Shown: positions 50,420-60,506, counted from the stretch's first letter. The stretch is 64,000 bases of DNA from an uncultured Cetobacterium sp. (GCA_949293295.1 CASFCG010000016.1:78658-142657); one strand, 5' to 3'. Numbers and translations: made by a program. The notes: generated from the sequence alone by a model not told the origin.

Positions 50420-51028
50420 TTTATAAACTCCTCCTAAAATTGATAGTGCAACATATTATACAAGAATTTCCTAGAATTAGATAGTTTAAAATTTTGGATA
50501 GATTTATATTAAGTTAAATTAATAATTTTTTAAATATTCTTTCATTTTTTTTGTATTAAAAAAGAATAAAAATAGATTTTTATGGTAAAAATATTGTAAT
50601 GTCCATTTAGTGTATACCCCAGATAGACACTTTTTTATTTAAAATTCCAATATTACTGGATTCATAAGCTATCTATCATTATAAATAATAAATTTTTAAA
50701 CTAACCAAATAAAACTTTTTCATAATTTAAAAAATCCCAGCCACTTTGGTGATTGGGTTTTGAAAGGTTTTTAATATATGGAATTAGCAATATAGAAGAT
50801 TAGAAATATTTTCATTTTGACTGAAACAAAGAAATAAAATTTTTAATAAAAGTATTATAGTGTTTGTATTTTAAGATAAAGATGAAATAGTAAATCTTTA
50901 TATATGAAACATTCGAAAATACTATATAAATTACCGTAATTAGTGGGAATTTCGATAAGAAGTAAATAGAAATGAGGAGAAAAAAGGGCTACAAATCATA
51001 GCCCTTAATTATTTGAGTGATTTAGATT

Positions 51029-51412
51029 TTATCTATTGTTTAATTTTTCCATAAATTTCTTAGTATCAATGATATATCTCGAATGAGTTCCCTTTCCGAT
51101 GATATCATCCCCAAATTTCACTTCAATACTGAAAGTCAACTTTTTTCCCTCTATCTTTTCAAGTATTGCAACACAATTCAATTTATCTCCAATTAAATTT
51201 GCTTTTAGATGTTCAATATTAATGGATATTCCGACAGTGGAAAGAGTTGTATCTAGATGTTTTTGTATCAGATTATATGCAGTATTTTCCATAAAAGCAA
51301 TCAGCATAGGAGTTGAAAATACGTGTAAACCACCAGAACCAATCTTTTCAGCGGTTTCATTATCCATAACTATTTTTTCTTGTTCTAAAGAGATTCCAAC
51401 TGTTAGTGACAT
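51029..51412 (-). CDS. Hotdog-fold thioesterase (FlK-like)
   Basis: GSGGLHVFSTPMLIAFME, STVG, IEHL, GTHSR. Start reset to ATG 51412 after AGGAGG. Confidence 0.88.
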   Translation of the reverse strand: MSLTVGISLEQEKIVMDNETAEKIGSGGLHVFSTPMLIAFMENTAYNLIQKHLDTTLSTVGISINIEHLKANLIGDKLNCVAILEKIEGKKLTFSIEVKFGDDIIGKGTHSRYIIDTKKFMEKLNNR

Positions 51413-51863
51413 TAAATAATCCTCCTTAAATATTTTTATAGATTTAAGATAACACACTTTTTAGAAAAAAAATAGTGTTAAAATTTGAAAGGTAAAAAAT
51501 AAGGATAAATATAGAAAGATATGGATAACTTTCCCAGAAAAGAATTATGCTATTGTTTTTTAGAAAGTAAAATGATATAATCAAACCGGTGAGATGATTA
51601 AAAGAAGATTGTTATTAAAGATTAAAAAATTTTTCCTTAATAAAGATGTATAAACCAATAATTTTCATGAAATAGGTTGAAATTATGAGGAAAGAGTTGC
51701 ATAAAAGTTAATTTCAGTAAGGATGAAAGAGTGCGGGGAAAGAAAAAAGTAGATTTTATAATTGATATGGACTTTGACAAACTTTTAATTAAATATTGCA
51801 GTTGGCAAAGAACTTTTATGTCAATTGTTACGTCAAAATACAAAATATAGTAGGAGGTTTTAA

Positions 51864-52700
51864 ATGCAAGGGATAAAAACATTTTTGTTGATGAGTATAA
51901 TGACACTTATATTTTTATTTATTGGTAGGGCTATAGGTGGTAATAATGGAATGTTGATAGCATTGTTTTTTGCTGGGATTATGAATTTTGTATCATATTG
52001 GTTTAGTGCTAAGATTGTTTTGTCTATGTATAGAGCTCAACCAGTTGAAAAGGAGCACAAAATCTATAAAATAACAGAGAGATTGGTCAAAGAAGCCAAT
52101 CTACCTATGCCGAAACTTTATATCATAAATCAACATCAGCCAAATGCTTTTGCAACGGGAAGAAATCCGGCTAATGCTGCGGTAGCAGTAACTAGAGGAT
52201 TGATGGAGATAATGGATGATAACGAGCTAGCGGGGGTAATTGGTCATGAGCTGGGACATGTAGCTCATAGAGATATTTTAATCCAAACAGTTGCAGCAAC
52301 TTTTGCAGGAGCAATAGCATATTTAGCAAATATTGCCAAGTGGTCAGCTATATTTGGTGGTGGAAGAGATAGAGATAATGAAAATAGCGGAGGAGCGATT
52401 GGACTTTTAGCAATTTCAATTTTTGCTCCTTTAGCAGCTATGTTAGTTCAAATGGCAATATCCAGAACAAGAGAATACAAAGCGGATAAATTTGGAGCTC
52501 AAGTTAGTGGACATCCTAGCTATCTTGCAAATGCTCTGAGAAAGCTTGAAAGTTATTCCAGAAAAATACCAATGGATGCAGCTCCAGCAACAGAGAATAT
52601 GTTTATAGTTTCGCCTTTGGCAGGAAGTAAGTTGGCTTCGTTGTTTAGTACACATCCAAGAACTGAAGAGAGAATAAAAAAATTAGAAGAGATGTATTAA
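51864..52700 (+). CDS. htpX: Zinc metalloprotease HtpX
   Basis: PNAFATGR, HELGH, SRTREYKAD, STHP. Confidence 0.96.
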   Translation: MQGIKTFLLMSIMTLIFLFIGRAIGGNNGMLIALFFAGIMNFVSYWFSAKIVLSMYRAQPVEKEHKIYKITERLVKEANLPMPKLYIINQHQPNAFATGRNPANAAVAVTRGLMEIMDDNELAGVIGHELGHVAHRDILIQTVAATFAGAIAYLANIAKWSAIFGGGRDRDNENSGGAIGLLAISIFAPLAAMLVQMAISRTREYKADKFGAQVSGHPSYLANALRKLESYSRKIPMDAAPATENMFIVSPLAGSKLASLFSTHPRTEERIKKLEEMY

Positions 52701-52704
52701 AAAA

Positions 52705-52742
52705 AACTCCTTTTATGCTATAATAGTGTGAAAGGGGTTTTT
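52705..52742 (+). terminator. Terminator after htpX, containing an extended -10 (TGcTATAAT)
   Basis: AACTCCTTTTATGCTA-taa-TAGTGTGAAAGGGGTT followed by T residues. Confidence 0.65.
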
Positions 52743-52815
52743 ATATTTGCAAAATGAGGGAATAAAGATTGTGAAATTATAAAAGGATTGACTCAGAAGG
52801 GGGATTCAAAGATAG

Positions 52816-53664
52816 ATGGAATGGAAAAAATTAGAGTTATCGAGTAGGAGTGAGATTGATTATTTCCTCAAAGGAAGATACGAGATATCAGATTTAAACT
52901 TTACAAATCTTTATATTTGGAGCTTTAGTGAGAGTATAGAGTATAGTGTGAAAGAGGAGAGCTTATTTTTAAGAGGTACATATAAAAATAAAATCTATTA
53001 TTTCCCACCTATTTCATTTGATGTAGAGGGATTGAAGAGGGGTTTTGAAGTTTTAGGAGAGCTTGAAGGGGATATTTTGTTTATTCCGGAGGAAATGGCA
53101 AAGCAAGTAGATAATTTGGGGCTAATTGAAACAAGAGATAGCTTCGATTATATATATTCTCAAAAGGAGTTATCAACTCTTTCAGGGAGAAAGTTTTCTG
53201 CTAAAAAAAATAGAATTAATAAATTTTCAAAGACATATCAATGGTCTTATGAGAGGATAACATCTTCAAATATAGAAGAGATACGGAAATTTCAGCAAGA
53301 GTGGGTAAAAAAAAGAGAAAATGAATACATAATAGTTGATGAAATGCGAGGAATAGAAAAATTACTAGATAACTATGAAGAGTTGGAGCTAAGAGGAGGA
53401 CTAGTAAGGGTAGATGATAAAGTTGTTGCATACTCTATAGGAGAGAAAATTAGTCAAAATATGGCGGTTATACATGTGGAAAAGGCAGACATTAACTATC
53501 AGGGAGCATATCAGATGATTAATATGTTAACAGTAAAAAATGAGTTTTCAGATGTTGAATATATAAATCGAGAGGATGATTTTGGAGATGAAGGTTTGAG
53601 AAAAGCAAAATTATCATACAATCCTAAAAAATTGTTAAAAAAATATAAGTTGATTGGAGAGTAA
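52816..53664 (+). CDS. Stand-alone DUF2156 (MprF C-terminal-like) protein
   Basis: DYIY, LSGRKFSAKKNRINKF, HVEKA, INREDDFGDEGLRKAKLSYNP; no TM segments. Confidence 0.88.
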   Translation: MEWKKLELSSRSEIDYFLKGRYEISDLNFTNLYIWSFSESIEYSVKEESLFLRGTYKNKIYYFPPISFDVEGLKRGFEVLGELEGDILFIPEEMAKQVDNLGLIETRDSFDYIYSQKELSTLSGRKFSAKKNRINKFSKTYQWSYERITSSNIEEIRKFQQEWVKKRENEYIIVDEMRGIEKLLDNYEELELRGGLVRVDDKVVAYSIGEKISQNMAVIHVEKADINYQGAYQMINMLTVKNEFSDVEYINREDDFGDEGLRKAKLSYNPKKLLKKYKLIGE

Positions 53665-53676
53665 GGAGGTAGATTG

Positions 53677-55095
53677 ATGTTTAATATTTTAAATAGCTTG
53701 GAAAAAGAATACAATTTTCAATTATATTTGTTATTTGAAAATAGTTTCGAGGTTCCTTCGTTTATTTCTAAAGAAAATGGAGAGTTTATAAGAAAAGTAG
53801 CTTTAAAGCAGGGATTTAAAGGAAAGAGATTAGAAGAATTAAGAGTTAATATTGATGAGAATGGAAAGATTCAAACTCTTTTATTTCTTGGATTTGGAAA
53901 GATAGAGGATTTTACTCAAAATATTTATAGAGAAATACTTTTTAAGATTTTATCTACAATTGAGGGAAAAGTAGCTATAGCAGCTCTGAATAAAGAGTTG
54001 ATTTTACCTGAAGTTGCTGGAGAGATACTGTATAATGTGAACTATAATTTTGATTATTTCAAGGAGAAGAAAAGTGATAAAAGGATAGAGTTGGATTTTA
54101 TAATAGAGAGTTGTTCTACGGCTTTAGTTGAAGAAATCAATACTTTAGGAGTTGCAACAGATATTGCAAGAGATTTAGTTAACTTTCCGGCAAATATTAT
54201 AAATCCGAATAGTTTAGCAGAAAAAGTAAAAGATTTTGGAAAAGAGTATGAATTTGAGGTTGAAGTTTTAGATGAAGAGGAGTTAAAAAAATTAAATATG
54301 AATCTGTTGGTAGAGGTTGGAAAAGCCTCTGCTACAAAGTCTAAACTTATCATTATGAGATATATGAAAGGCGAGAGTGATGAAAAGATAGCTCTTATTG
54401 GAAAAGGGTTGACTTATGATACAGGTGGATTGTGTATAAAACCAGCAGATTCAATGTTTGAAATGAAAAGTGATATGGCTGGAGCTGGAACAGTTGTTGC
54501 TGTTATGTGTGCTCTATCTAAGCTGAAATTAAGAAAGAATGTTGTTGCACTGATTCCAGCTTGTGAAAATGCGATAAGTGGAAATGCGTATCGTCCCAGT
54601 GATATAGTTAAATCTATGAATGGAAAGACAGTCGAGATAATAAACACAGATGCTGAGGGAAGATTGGCTTTAGCTGATGCTATTACATATGCGGTTAGGA
54701 ATGAGAAAGCAACAGAGATTGTAGATGTTGCAACGTTAACAGGTGCAATTATGGTTGCTCTTGGAACTTTTGCAACAGGTGTTTTTTCCAATAATGAAAG
54801 AAATTATAAAAAACTTGAAAAAGCTTGTATGGATACTGGAGAAAAAATTTGGAGAATGCCTCTTTTTGAAGAGTATAAAGTACAAATTAGTTCAGATATA
54901 GCGGATTTAAAAAATACAGGTGGTAGAATGGGAGGAGCTGGAACAGCAGCTAAATTTTTAGAGGAGTTTGTTGAAGAAATTCCATGGATGCACTTAGATA
55001 TTGCTGGGACTGCATTTGATTCATCTATAAAATGGATAAAAAAGGGAGCAACGGGGGTAATGGTTAAAGGTTTGTATAATTATTTGAAAATGTAG
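53677..55095 (+). CDS. pepA: Leucyl aminopeptidase (M17)
   Basis: GKGLTYDTGG, MKSDMAG, NTDAEGRL, ATLTGA, HLDIAG. Confidence 0.95.
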   Translation: MFNILNSLEKEYNFQLYLLFENSFEVPSFISKENGEFIRKVALKQGFKGKRLEELRVNIDENGKIQTLLFLGFGKIEDFTQNIYREILFKILSTIEGKVAIAALNKELILPEVAGEILYNVNYNFDYFKEKKSDKRIELDFIIESCSTALVEEINTLGVATDIARDLVNFPANIINPNSLAEKVKDFGKEYEFEVEVLDEEELKKLNMNLLVEVGKASATKSKLIIMRYMKGESDEKIALIGKGLTYDTGGLCIKPADSMFEMKSDMAGAGTVVAVMCALSKLKLRKNVVALIPACENAISGNAYRPSDIVKSMNGKTVEIINTDAEGRLALADAITYAVRNEKATEIVDVATLTGAIMVALGTFATGVFSNNERNYKKLEKACMDTGEKIWRMPLFEEYKVQISSDIADLKNTGGRMGGAGTAAKFLEEFVEEIPWMHLDIAGTAFDSSIKWIKKGATGVMVKGLYNYLKM

Positions 55096-55105
55096 AGGCT
55101 TATTT

Positions 55106-56242
55106 ATGATACGAAGTTTGAAGAAGATATGGAGAATAGTTTTTAATGACAGTTATGAGTATATAGAATGGTATTTTGAAAATATATATCCTAAAAACAA
55201 TGTACTAGTAGAGTTGGAGAGGGATGAGATAATTGGAAATATCCATGTGAATAGATATAGTTTCATGATTAATAAAAGGTTTGAAGGAAACTTTTTAGTA
55301 GGAATAGCTGTATTGCCAGAATATCAGGGGCAGAGAGTTATGGAAAAAATGATGTTAAAGTTATTGAGAGAGAGTTATGAAAAGGGGGACGAAGCTATTT
55401 TTCTGACGCCGATAGATAGTAAAATATATTCAAAATATGGATTTTCTTATATTTCCTCATTATATAGCTATAAATGTGAGTTTTCACATTTTGCAAATTT
55501 GAAGAGAGAATATACCGTAAAGAGAATTGAAAATAGTTTTCTTAATACTCAGTTTTATGAAAAAATATCTAAATTTTATGGAGAAAGAATGCGAAGTTTT
55601 TTCCTGAAAGTTGAACGAGATGTCAGAAGATATGAGGAGTTGATTTCAGAACTCAGATGCGAAAATGGAGAGATATATGTTGCATATAATGAAACTATGG
55701 ATATTAAAGGGTATATGTTTTTACTGAAAAAAGAGGAAGATATACAGGTAAAGGAGATTTTGGTCAGTGATGAAAAATCTTTAAACTCTTTATTAACAAT
55801 CCTATATAGTTTTAAAAATTACTATAGAAAAGCTTGTATAATAACTCCTAAAAATTTAGATTTGGAGAGATATCTTTCGAGTGATTTTGGAATTTTAAAG
55901 GTTGTAATTAATAAGCTCCAAGCTAGAATATTAAAAGCTGAAAAAGTATTGGAAAGATTATCAGAGAGCTTATCAGAAAATGAAACTCTGGTAGTTAGAG
56001 TTCTAGATGAAATAATACTAGAAAATAATGGTGTCTTCCAGATTACACAAAATGGAGTAAAATATACAAAAGAGTATGATGAGATTGACATATCATTGGA
56101 TATAAAAGAGTTGTCCACATTAGCTTATGGTTTTAGGGATATTAACGGATTATTGCTAGACAAAAAAGCGATTACAGGTAAAAATGAGATTGTAAAAAAA
56201 TTGTTTAAAAGAGAGTATAACTATTTTAATCAAGATTTTTAG
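55106..56242 (+). CDS. Eis-like GNAT acetyltransferase with C-terminal SCP2-like domain
   Basis: AVLPEYQGQRVM, YSKYGF, second GNAT fold, VLDEIILENNG...LSTLAYG tail. Confidence 0.8.
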   Translation: MIRSLKKIWRIVFNDSYEYIEWYFENIYPKNNVLVELERDEIIGNIHVNRYSFMINKRFEGNFLVGIAVLPEYQGQRVMEKMMLKLLRESYEKGDEAIFLTPIDSKIYSKYGFSYISSLYSYKCEFSHFANLKREYTVKRIENSFLNTQFYEKISKFYGERMRSFFLKVERDVRRYEELISELRCENGEIYVAYNETMDIKGYMFLLKKEEDIQVKEILVSDEKSLNSLLTILYSFKNYYRKACIITPKNLDLERYLSSDFGILKVVINKLQARILKAEKVLERLSESLSENETLVVRVLDEIILENNGVFQITQNGVKYTKEYDEIDISLDIKELSTLAYGFRDINGLLLDKKAITGKNEIVKKLFKREYNYFNQDF

Positions 56243-56255
56243 AAAGGGGGAATAC

Positions 56256-58739
56256 ATGAGTTTTATATATGATAGAAAAAAAACAGCACTTGTATATCAA
56301 GAGAAGGAGTATTCTTATTTTGATTTAATTAGGATGGCTAAGATATATTCCTCTTTTCTTGAAATAGAGAGAGAGGATAGAGTTGTTATCTTCATGGAAA
56401 ATAGACCTGAGTATGTTGGAGCGGTATTAGGTGTTTGGGATTCGAAAGGGGCTTGTACAAATCTTGATGTTACGTATAATGTAGAGCAACTAGCATATGT
56501 ATTTAAAGATTCATATCCTAAATATATTTTTACCTCAAATAAAAATATAGAAATAGTAAAAAAAGCAAAAGATGAAGCTCAAACTGACATAATAATATTG
56601 AATATAGATGAGATTGATTTATCGGTTCCTTTTGAAATAGATAATTCTGTAATTGATGATTTGGAAGAGGAGCAATTAGCTGTGATGCTCTATACATCTG
56701 GAACAACAGGAATGCCTAAAGGGGTAATGTTGACCTACTCTAATATTATGTCAAATATTAATGATATTGATAATATGAGGTTTGTATTTGAAAGTGATGT
56801 AGCCTTAGCAATGCTTCCATTCCATCACGCTTTACCTTTCGTTTTAGGAATGCTTATGCCGCTTAGATTTGGAGTTAAAAATGTTATTTTAGATGAATTA
56901 TCCTCGGATTCTATAAAGCATCATCTTCAAAAGTATAAAATAACAGTTGTTATAGGAATTCCAAGAATATGGGAGATGTTTCATAAAGGAATAATGGGTA
57001 AGATAAATTCTAGTTCTGTGGCAAGAAATCTTTTTAAAGTTTGTAAGAAGTTAAATATAACGGCTTTAAATAAAGTTGTATTTAAAAAGATTCAACTTGC
57101 TTTTGGAGGAAATATTAGATTTTTAATCTCTGGTGGTGCAAAATTAGACAAAGAGATTTCAGAAGATTTTAAAGTTTTTGGGATTGAAATAATAGAGGGA
57201 TATGGATTAACGGAAACTTCACCAATAATATCATTTAATCCACTTTCAAATAATAAAAGAGGAAGTGTTGGAGTTCCGTTGGCTAGTGTTCAAGTAAAAA
57301 TTGATGATAATAAAGAGATTTTGGTGAAAGGCCCAAATGTAATGAAAGGATACTTTAACAAGCCAGAGGCGACTGCAGAGGTAATTGATAGTGAGGGATG
57401 GTTTCATACCGGAGATTTAGGGGAGTTTGATGGAGAGCATTTAAAAATTATTGGAAGAAAGAAAGAGATGATTGTGCTTTCAAATGGAAAAAATATAAAT
57501 CCTGGAGATATAGAGGCCCAAATAATGAAAGGAACAAAGCTTATAGAAGAGATTGCAATTATAGAGAAAGATAAGCATCTTGTGGCGGTGGTTTATCCTA
57601 AATTCAAAACTTTGGAAGCCCAAGGTATTGCAAATGCAAAAGATGCAATAAAATGGGAAGTTGTGGACCAATATAACATAAATGCACCAGCCTATAGAAG
57701 AATATTAGATGTTATTATTGTAAAAGAGGAGCTACCAAAGACAAAATTAGGAAAATTAAGAAGATTCATGTTGAATGATTTTTTAAAGAATCAGAATAGT
57801 TCAAATTCTAAAGAAAATTTAAAAAAGCAAAGTAATTCAAAGGAGATTTATTCTTCAGAGTTTAAGGAGATTGAAAGATTTTTGAAAACACTTCACAATG
57901 AATTAAATATTATACCAGAATCACATCTTGAAATAGATTTAGGCTTGGATTCTCTGGATTTAGTTGAATTAATATCTTTTATTGAAACAACATATGGGAT
58001 TCAGATTTCAGAACAAGATTTTTCTAAAATAAAAACAATTGAAGAGTTGATTTTATTTATCAGAGAAAAAGGCGGAGTTTTTGAAAATCAGGAGATTAAC
58101 TGGAAAAATATATTTTCAGAACCAGTTGATGTAAATCTTCCAACGTCGAGATATATAGGGATTGCGAAATTTATTTTATTACCATTTTTTAAATTTTATA
58201 TTAAGTTGAGTAAGAAAATAGATAAACTGTCAAAAGACAAGCCTGTTATATATGTGGGAAATCATCAAAGTATGTTAGATGTTGTGGCTTTTCAGCAGGC
58301 AATGCCTTATTCTGCATTGAAAGAAAGTTACTTTATTGCAATAGATATTCATTTTAAAAAGGGAATAAAAAAGCATTTTGCAGATAATTCGAATGTAATA
58401 TTGATTAATAAAAATAAAAATTTGAAAGAGACTTTAAAAATAGCTGCTCATATATTAAAGTTAGGAAAAAATCTAGTTATTTTTCCTGAAGGTGCAAGAA
58501 CAAGAGACGGAAAACTGCAAGAGTTCAAAAAAACGTTTGCTATTTTATCAAAAGAGTTGAATATACCGATTGTGCCTTTTGTTATAGATGGAGCATACAA
58601 TTTAATGCCTTATGGAACTGATTTTCCAAAAAGTGGAGAGTTTTCAATTGAGTTTTTAGAGCCAATTTTCCCTGAAGATAAAACAGTTGAAGAGATTGTG
58701 AAAACTTCCTATGAAAAAATAGCCGAAAAATTAAATTAA
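56256..58739 (+). CDS. Three-domain fusion: AMP-binding acyl-activating enzyme, acyl carrier protein, PlsC-like acyltransferase
   Basis: YTSGTTGMPKG, GYGLTETSP, WFHTGDLG; ACP motif LGLDSLDLVEL; NHQSMLD (HX4D) and FPEGART. Confidence 0.9.
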   Translation: MSFIYDRKKTALVYQEKEYSYFDLIRMAKIYSSFLEIEREDRVVIFMENRPEYVGAVLGVWDSKGACTNLDVTYNVEQLAYVFKDSYPKYIFTSNKNIEIVKKAKDEAQTDIIILNIDEIDLSVPFEIDNSVIDDLEEEQLAVMLYTSGTTGMPKGVMLTYSNIMSNINDIDNMRFVFESDVALAMLPFHHALPFVLGMLMPLRFGVKNVILDELSSDSIKHHLQKYKITVVIGIPRIWEMFHKGIMGKINSSSVARNLFKVCKKLNITALNKVVFKKIQLAFGGNIRFLISGGAKLDKEISEDFKVFGIEIIEGYGLTETSPIISFNPLSNNKRGSVGVPLASVQVKIDDNKEILVKGPNVMKGYFNKPEATAEVIDSEGWFHTGDLGEFDGEHLKIIGRKKEMIVLSNGKNINPGDIEAQIMKGTKLIEEIAIIEKDKHLVAVVYPKFKTLEAQGIANAKDAIKWEVVDQYNINAPAYRRILDVIIVKEELPKTKLGKLRRFMLNDFLKNQNSSNSKENLKKQSNSKEIYSSEFKEIERFLKTLHNELNIIPESHLEIDLGLDSLDLVELISFIETTYGIQISEQDFSKIKTIEELILFIREKGGVFENQEINWKNIFSEPVDVNLPTSRYIGIAKFILLPFFKFYIKLSKKIDKLSKDKPVIYVGNHQSMLDVVAFQQAMPYSALKESYFIAIDIHFKKGIKKHFADNSNVILINKNKNLKETLKIAAHILKLGKNLVIFPEGARTRDGKLQEFKKTFAILSKELNIPIVPFVIDGAYNLMPYGTDFPKSGEFSIEFLEPIFPEDKTVEEIVKTSYEKIAEKLN

Positions 58740-58766
58740 AATAAAATATAAAAATGGAGAGTGAAA

Positions 58767-60461
58767 ATGAGAAGGAGTATTAGAGGAGTAAAACTATTGT
58801 TAATCTTTTTGTTGATTTCAATATCTATTTTAGGAAAAGCTGTAAATATTGAGATTATTAGCTTCAATGATTTTCATGGAAATGTGGCAGAGGACACTAG
58901 AAAAGATGGAAAAAATGTGGGAATGGCAAAGTTAGTAGGTTATATAAACAGTTTGAGAGAAAAAAATCCTAATCTAATTGTTGTTAGTGCAGGAGATAAT
59001 TATCAAGGAACGGCGATTTCAAACTTAACATATGGAATGCCTGTAACGAAAATGATGAAAAATTTAAATGTTGTTGCTTCAGCTGTGGGAAATCATGAGT
59101 TTGATTGGGGTGCAGACAAGATTGAAAAATGGGGAATAGATGGTGGATTTGATTATTTAGCGGCAAACATCTATGATAAGGAGACTAATACTCCTGTGAA
59201 ATGGGCAAAACCATACAAGATAATTAAAATTGATGGAATTAAGATTGCATTTATAGGTCTTGCAACAGAGGAAACACAATATCAAACTAAAACAGAGTAT
59301 GTTCAAGATGTAAAATTTATACCAGCAGAACAAGCTGCTAAAAGTTGGATTGAGTTCTTAAAAGCTGGAAAGGATAAGGATGGAAAACCAGATGTTATAG
59401 TGGCTTTGACTCATATCCCAAGTGACCAAAAAGATGGAAAGATTATTGGTAATGAGTTAGAAAGATTAACAAAAGTAGAGGGGCTTGATGCTATTATTAC
59501 AGGTCATTCACATAAAATAGTGTCGGGTTATTTAAATGATAAACCAATTATTCAGGCAGATAAGTATGGGCGAGCTTTAGGAAGATTAAATGTGGTTTTG
59601 AAAGATAAGAAATTAGAAAAAATAGAACCTTCAGTGGATTTAATCTATAAAAAGAGATTGGAAATTATTCCAGATGAAATAACAGCTAAAATGTTAGAAG
59701 AGGATGAAAAAAGGTTAGCTACTCAGCTTAATGAAAAAGTTGGAGAAGCCGAAGGGGATATTATTCATGACAGAAGTGGAAAATTGAGCGAATTAGGATA
59801 CTGGGCAACAAATGTCATGAGAGATTTTGCAAAAACTCAGATTGGTTTAACAAATGGTGGAGGATTGAGAAGAACTTTGTATAACGGAGATATCACAATG
59901 GGGGATATGTATGAGATTATGCCTTTTGATAATCAGGTCGTTGTTGTTAAAGTAACTGGAAAACATTTAAAGCAGTTAATAAATCATGGAATTGACGCTG
60001 ATTTCATGACTGATGGACAGTTTTCAGGTTTAAAAGTTATATATGATAAAAATAGAAATTATGGAGATAAAATTATAAAAATAACTTTAGAAGATGGAAC
60101 GCCGATAGAGAATGAAAAAATTTATACGATAGCGACAAATGATTTTATTGTGAGCGGTGGCGATAGATATGATTTTTCAAATGCAGTTGAGATAAAGGAC
60201 CTTTTTGTTCCTATAAGAGATGTACTTGTAGAAAGCTTGAAAAAACTTAAGAAAATTAAGAAAATAGATGTATCAGCATTTCTTATGGAAAAAGGTGAAA
60301 GTTTGAAAAATAATAACATCTATTTGGTAAAAAGAAACGATAATTTAGAAAAGATTTCAAAGAAATTTGGAGTATCTGTCCAAAAAATTCAAAAGTTAAA
60401 TAATATACAAAATCCGAATTTAATTTTTGTTGGTCAAAAAATAGAGATTCCAGCTAGTTAG
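58767..60461 (+). CDS. Secreted 5'-nucleotidase/metallophosphoesterase with C-terminal LysM
   Basis: Signal peptide; NDFHG, AGD, GNHEFDWG, GHSH, NGGGLR, PFDN, GGDRY; LysM YLVKRNDNL...NPNLIFVGQKIEIP. Confidence 0.92.
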   Translation: MRRSIRGVKLLLIFLLISISILGKAVNIEIISFNDFHGNVAEDTRKDGKNVGMAKLVGYINSLREKNPNLIVVSAGDNYQGTAISNLTYGMPVTKMMKNLNVVASAVGNHEFDWGADKIEKWGIDGGFDYLAANIYDKETNTPVKWAKPYKIIKIDGIKIAFIGLATEETQYQTKTEYVQDVKFIPAEQAAKSWIEFLKAGKDKDGKPDVIVALTHIPSDQKDGKIIGNELERLTKVEGLDAIITGHSHKIVSGYLNDKPIIQADKYGRALGRLNVVLKDKKLEKIEPSVDLIYKKRLEIIPDEITAKMLEEDEKRLATQLNEKVGEAEGDIIHDRSGKLSELGYWATNVMRDFAKTQIGLTNGGGLRRTLYNGDITMGDMYEIMPFDNQVVVVKVTGKHLKQLINHGIDADFMTDGQFSGLKVIYDKNRNYGDKIIKITLEDGTPIENEKIYTIATNDFIVSGGDRYDFSNAVEIKDLFVPIRDVLVESLKKLKKIKKIDVSAFLMEKGESLKNNNIYLVKRNDNLEKISKKFGVSVQKIQKLNNIQNPNLIFVGQKIEIPAS

Positions 60462-60470
60462 TTTTAAAAG

Positions 60471-60506
60471 ATAGCCTCTTCATAGAAATTCTATGGGGGC
60501 TATTTT
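60471..60506 (+). terminator. Terminator of the DUF2156 to nucleotidase operon
   Basis: ATAGCCTC(tt)CATAGAA/TTCTATGGGGGCTAT hairpin followed by T residues. Confidence 0.75.

Noticed and set aside
51770-51840. TTTGAC/GTCAA words before htpX as CtsR or CIRCE sites
   Set aside because: No correctly spaced heptad repeat or CIRCE inverted repeat.
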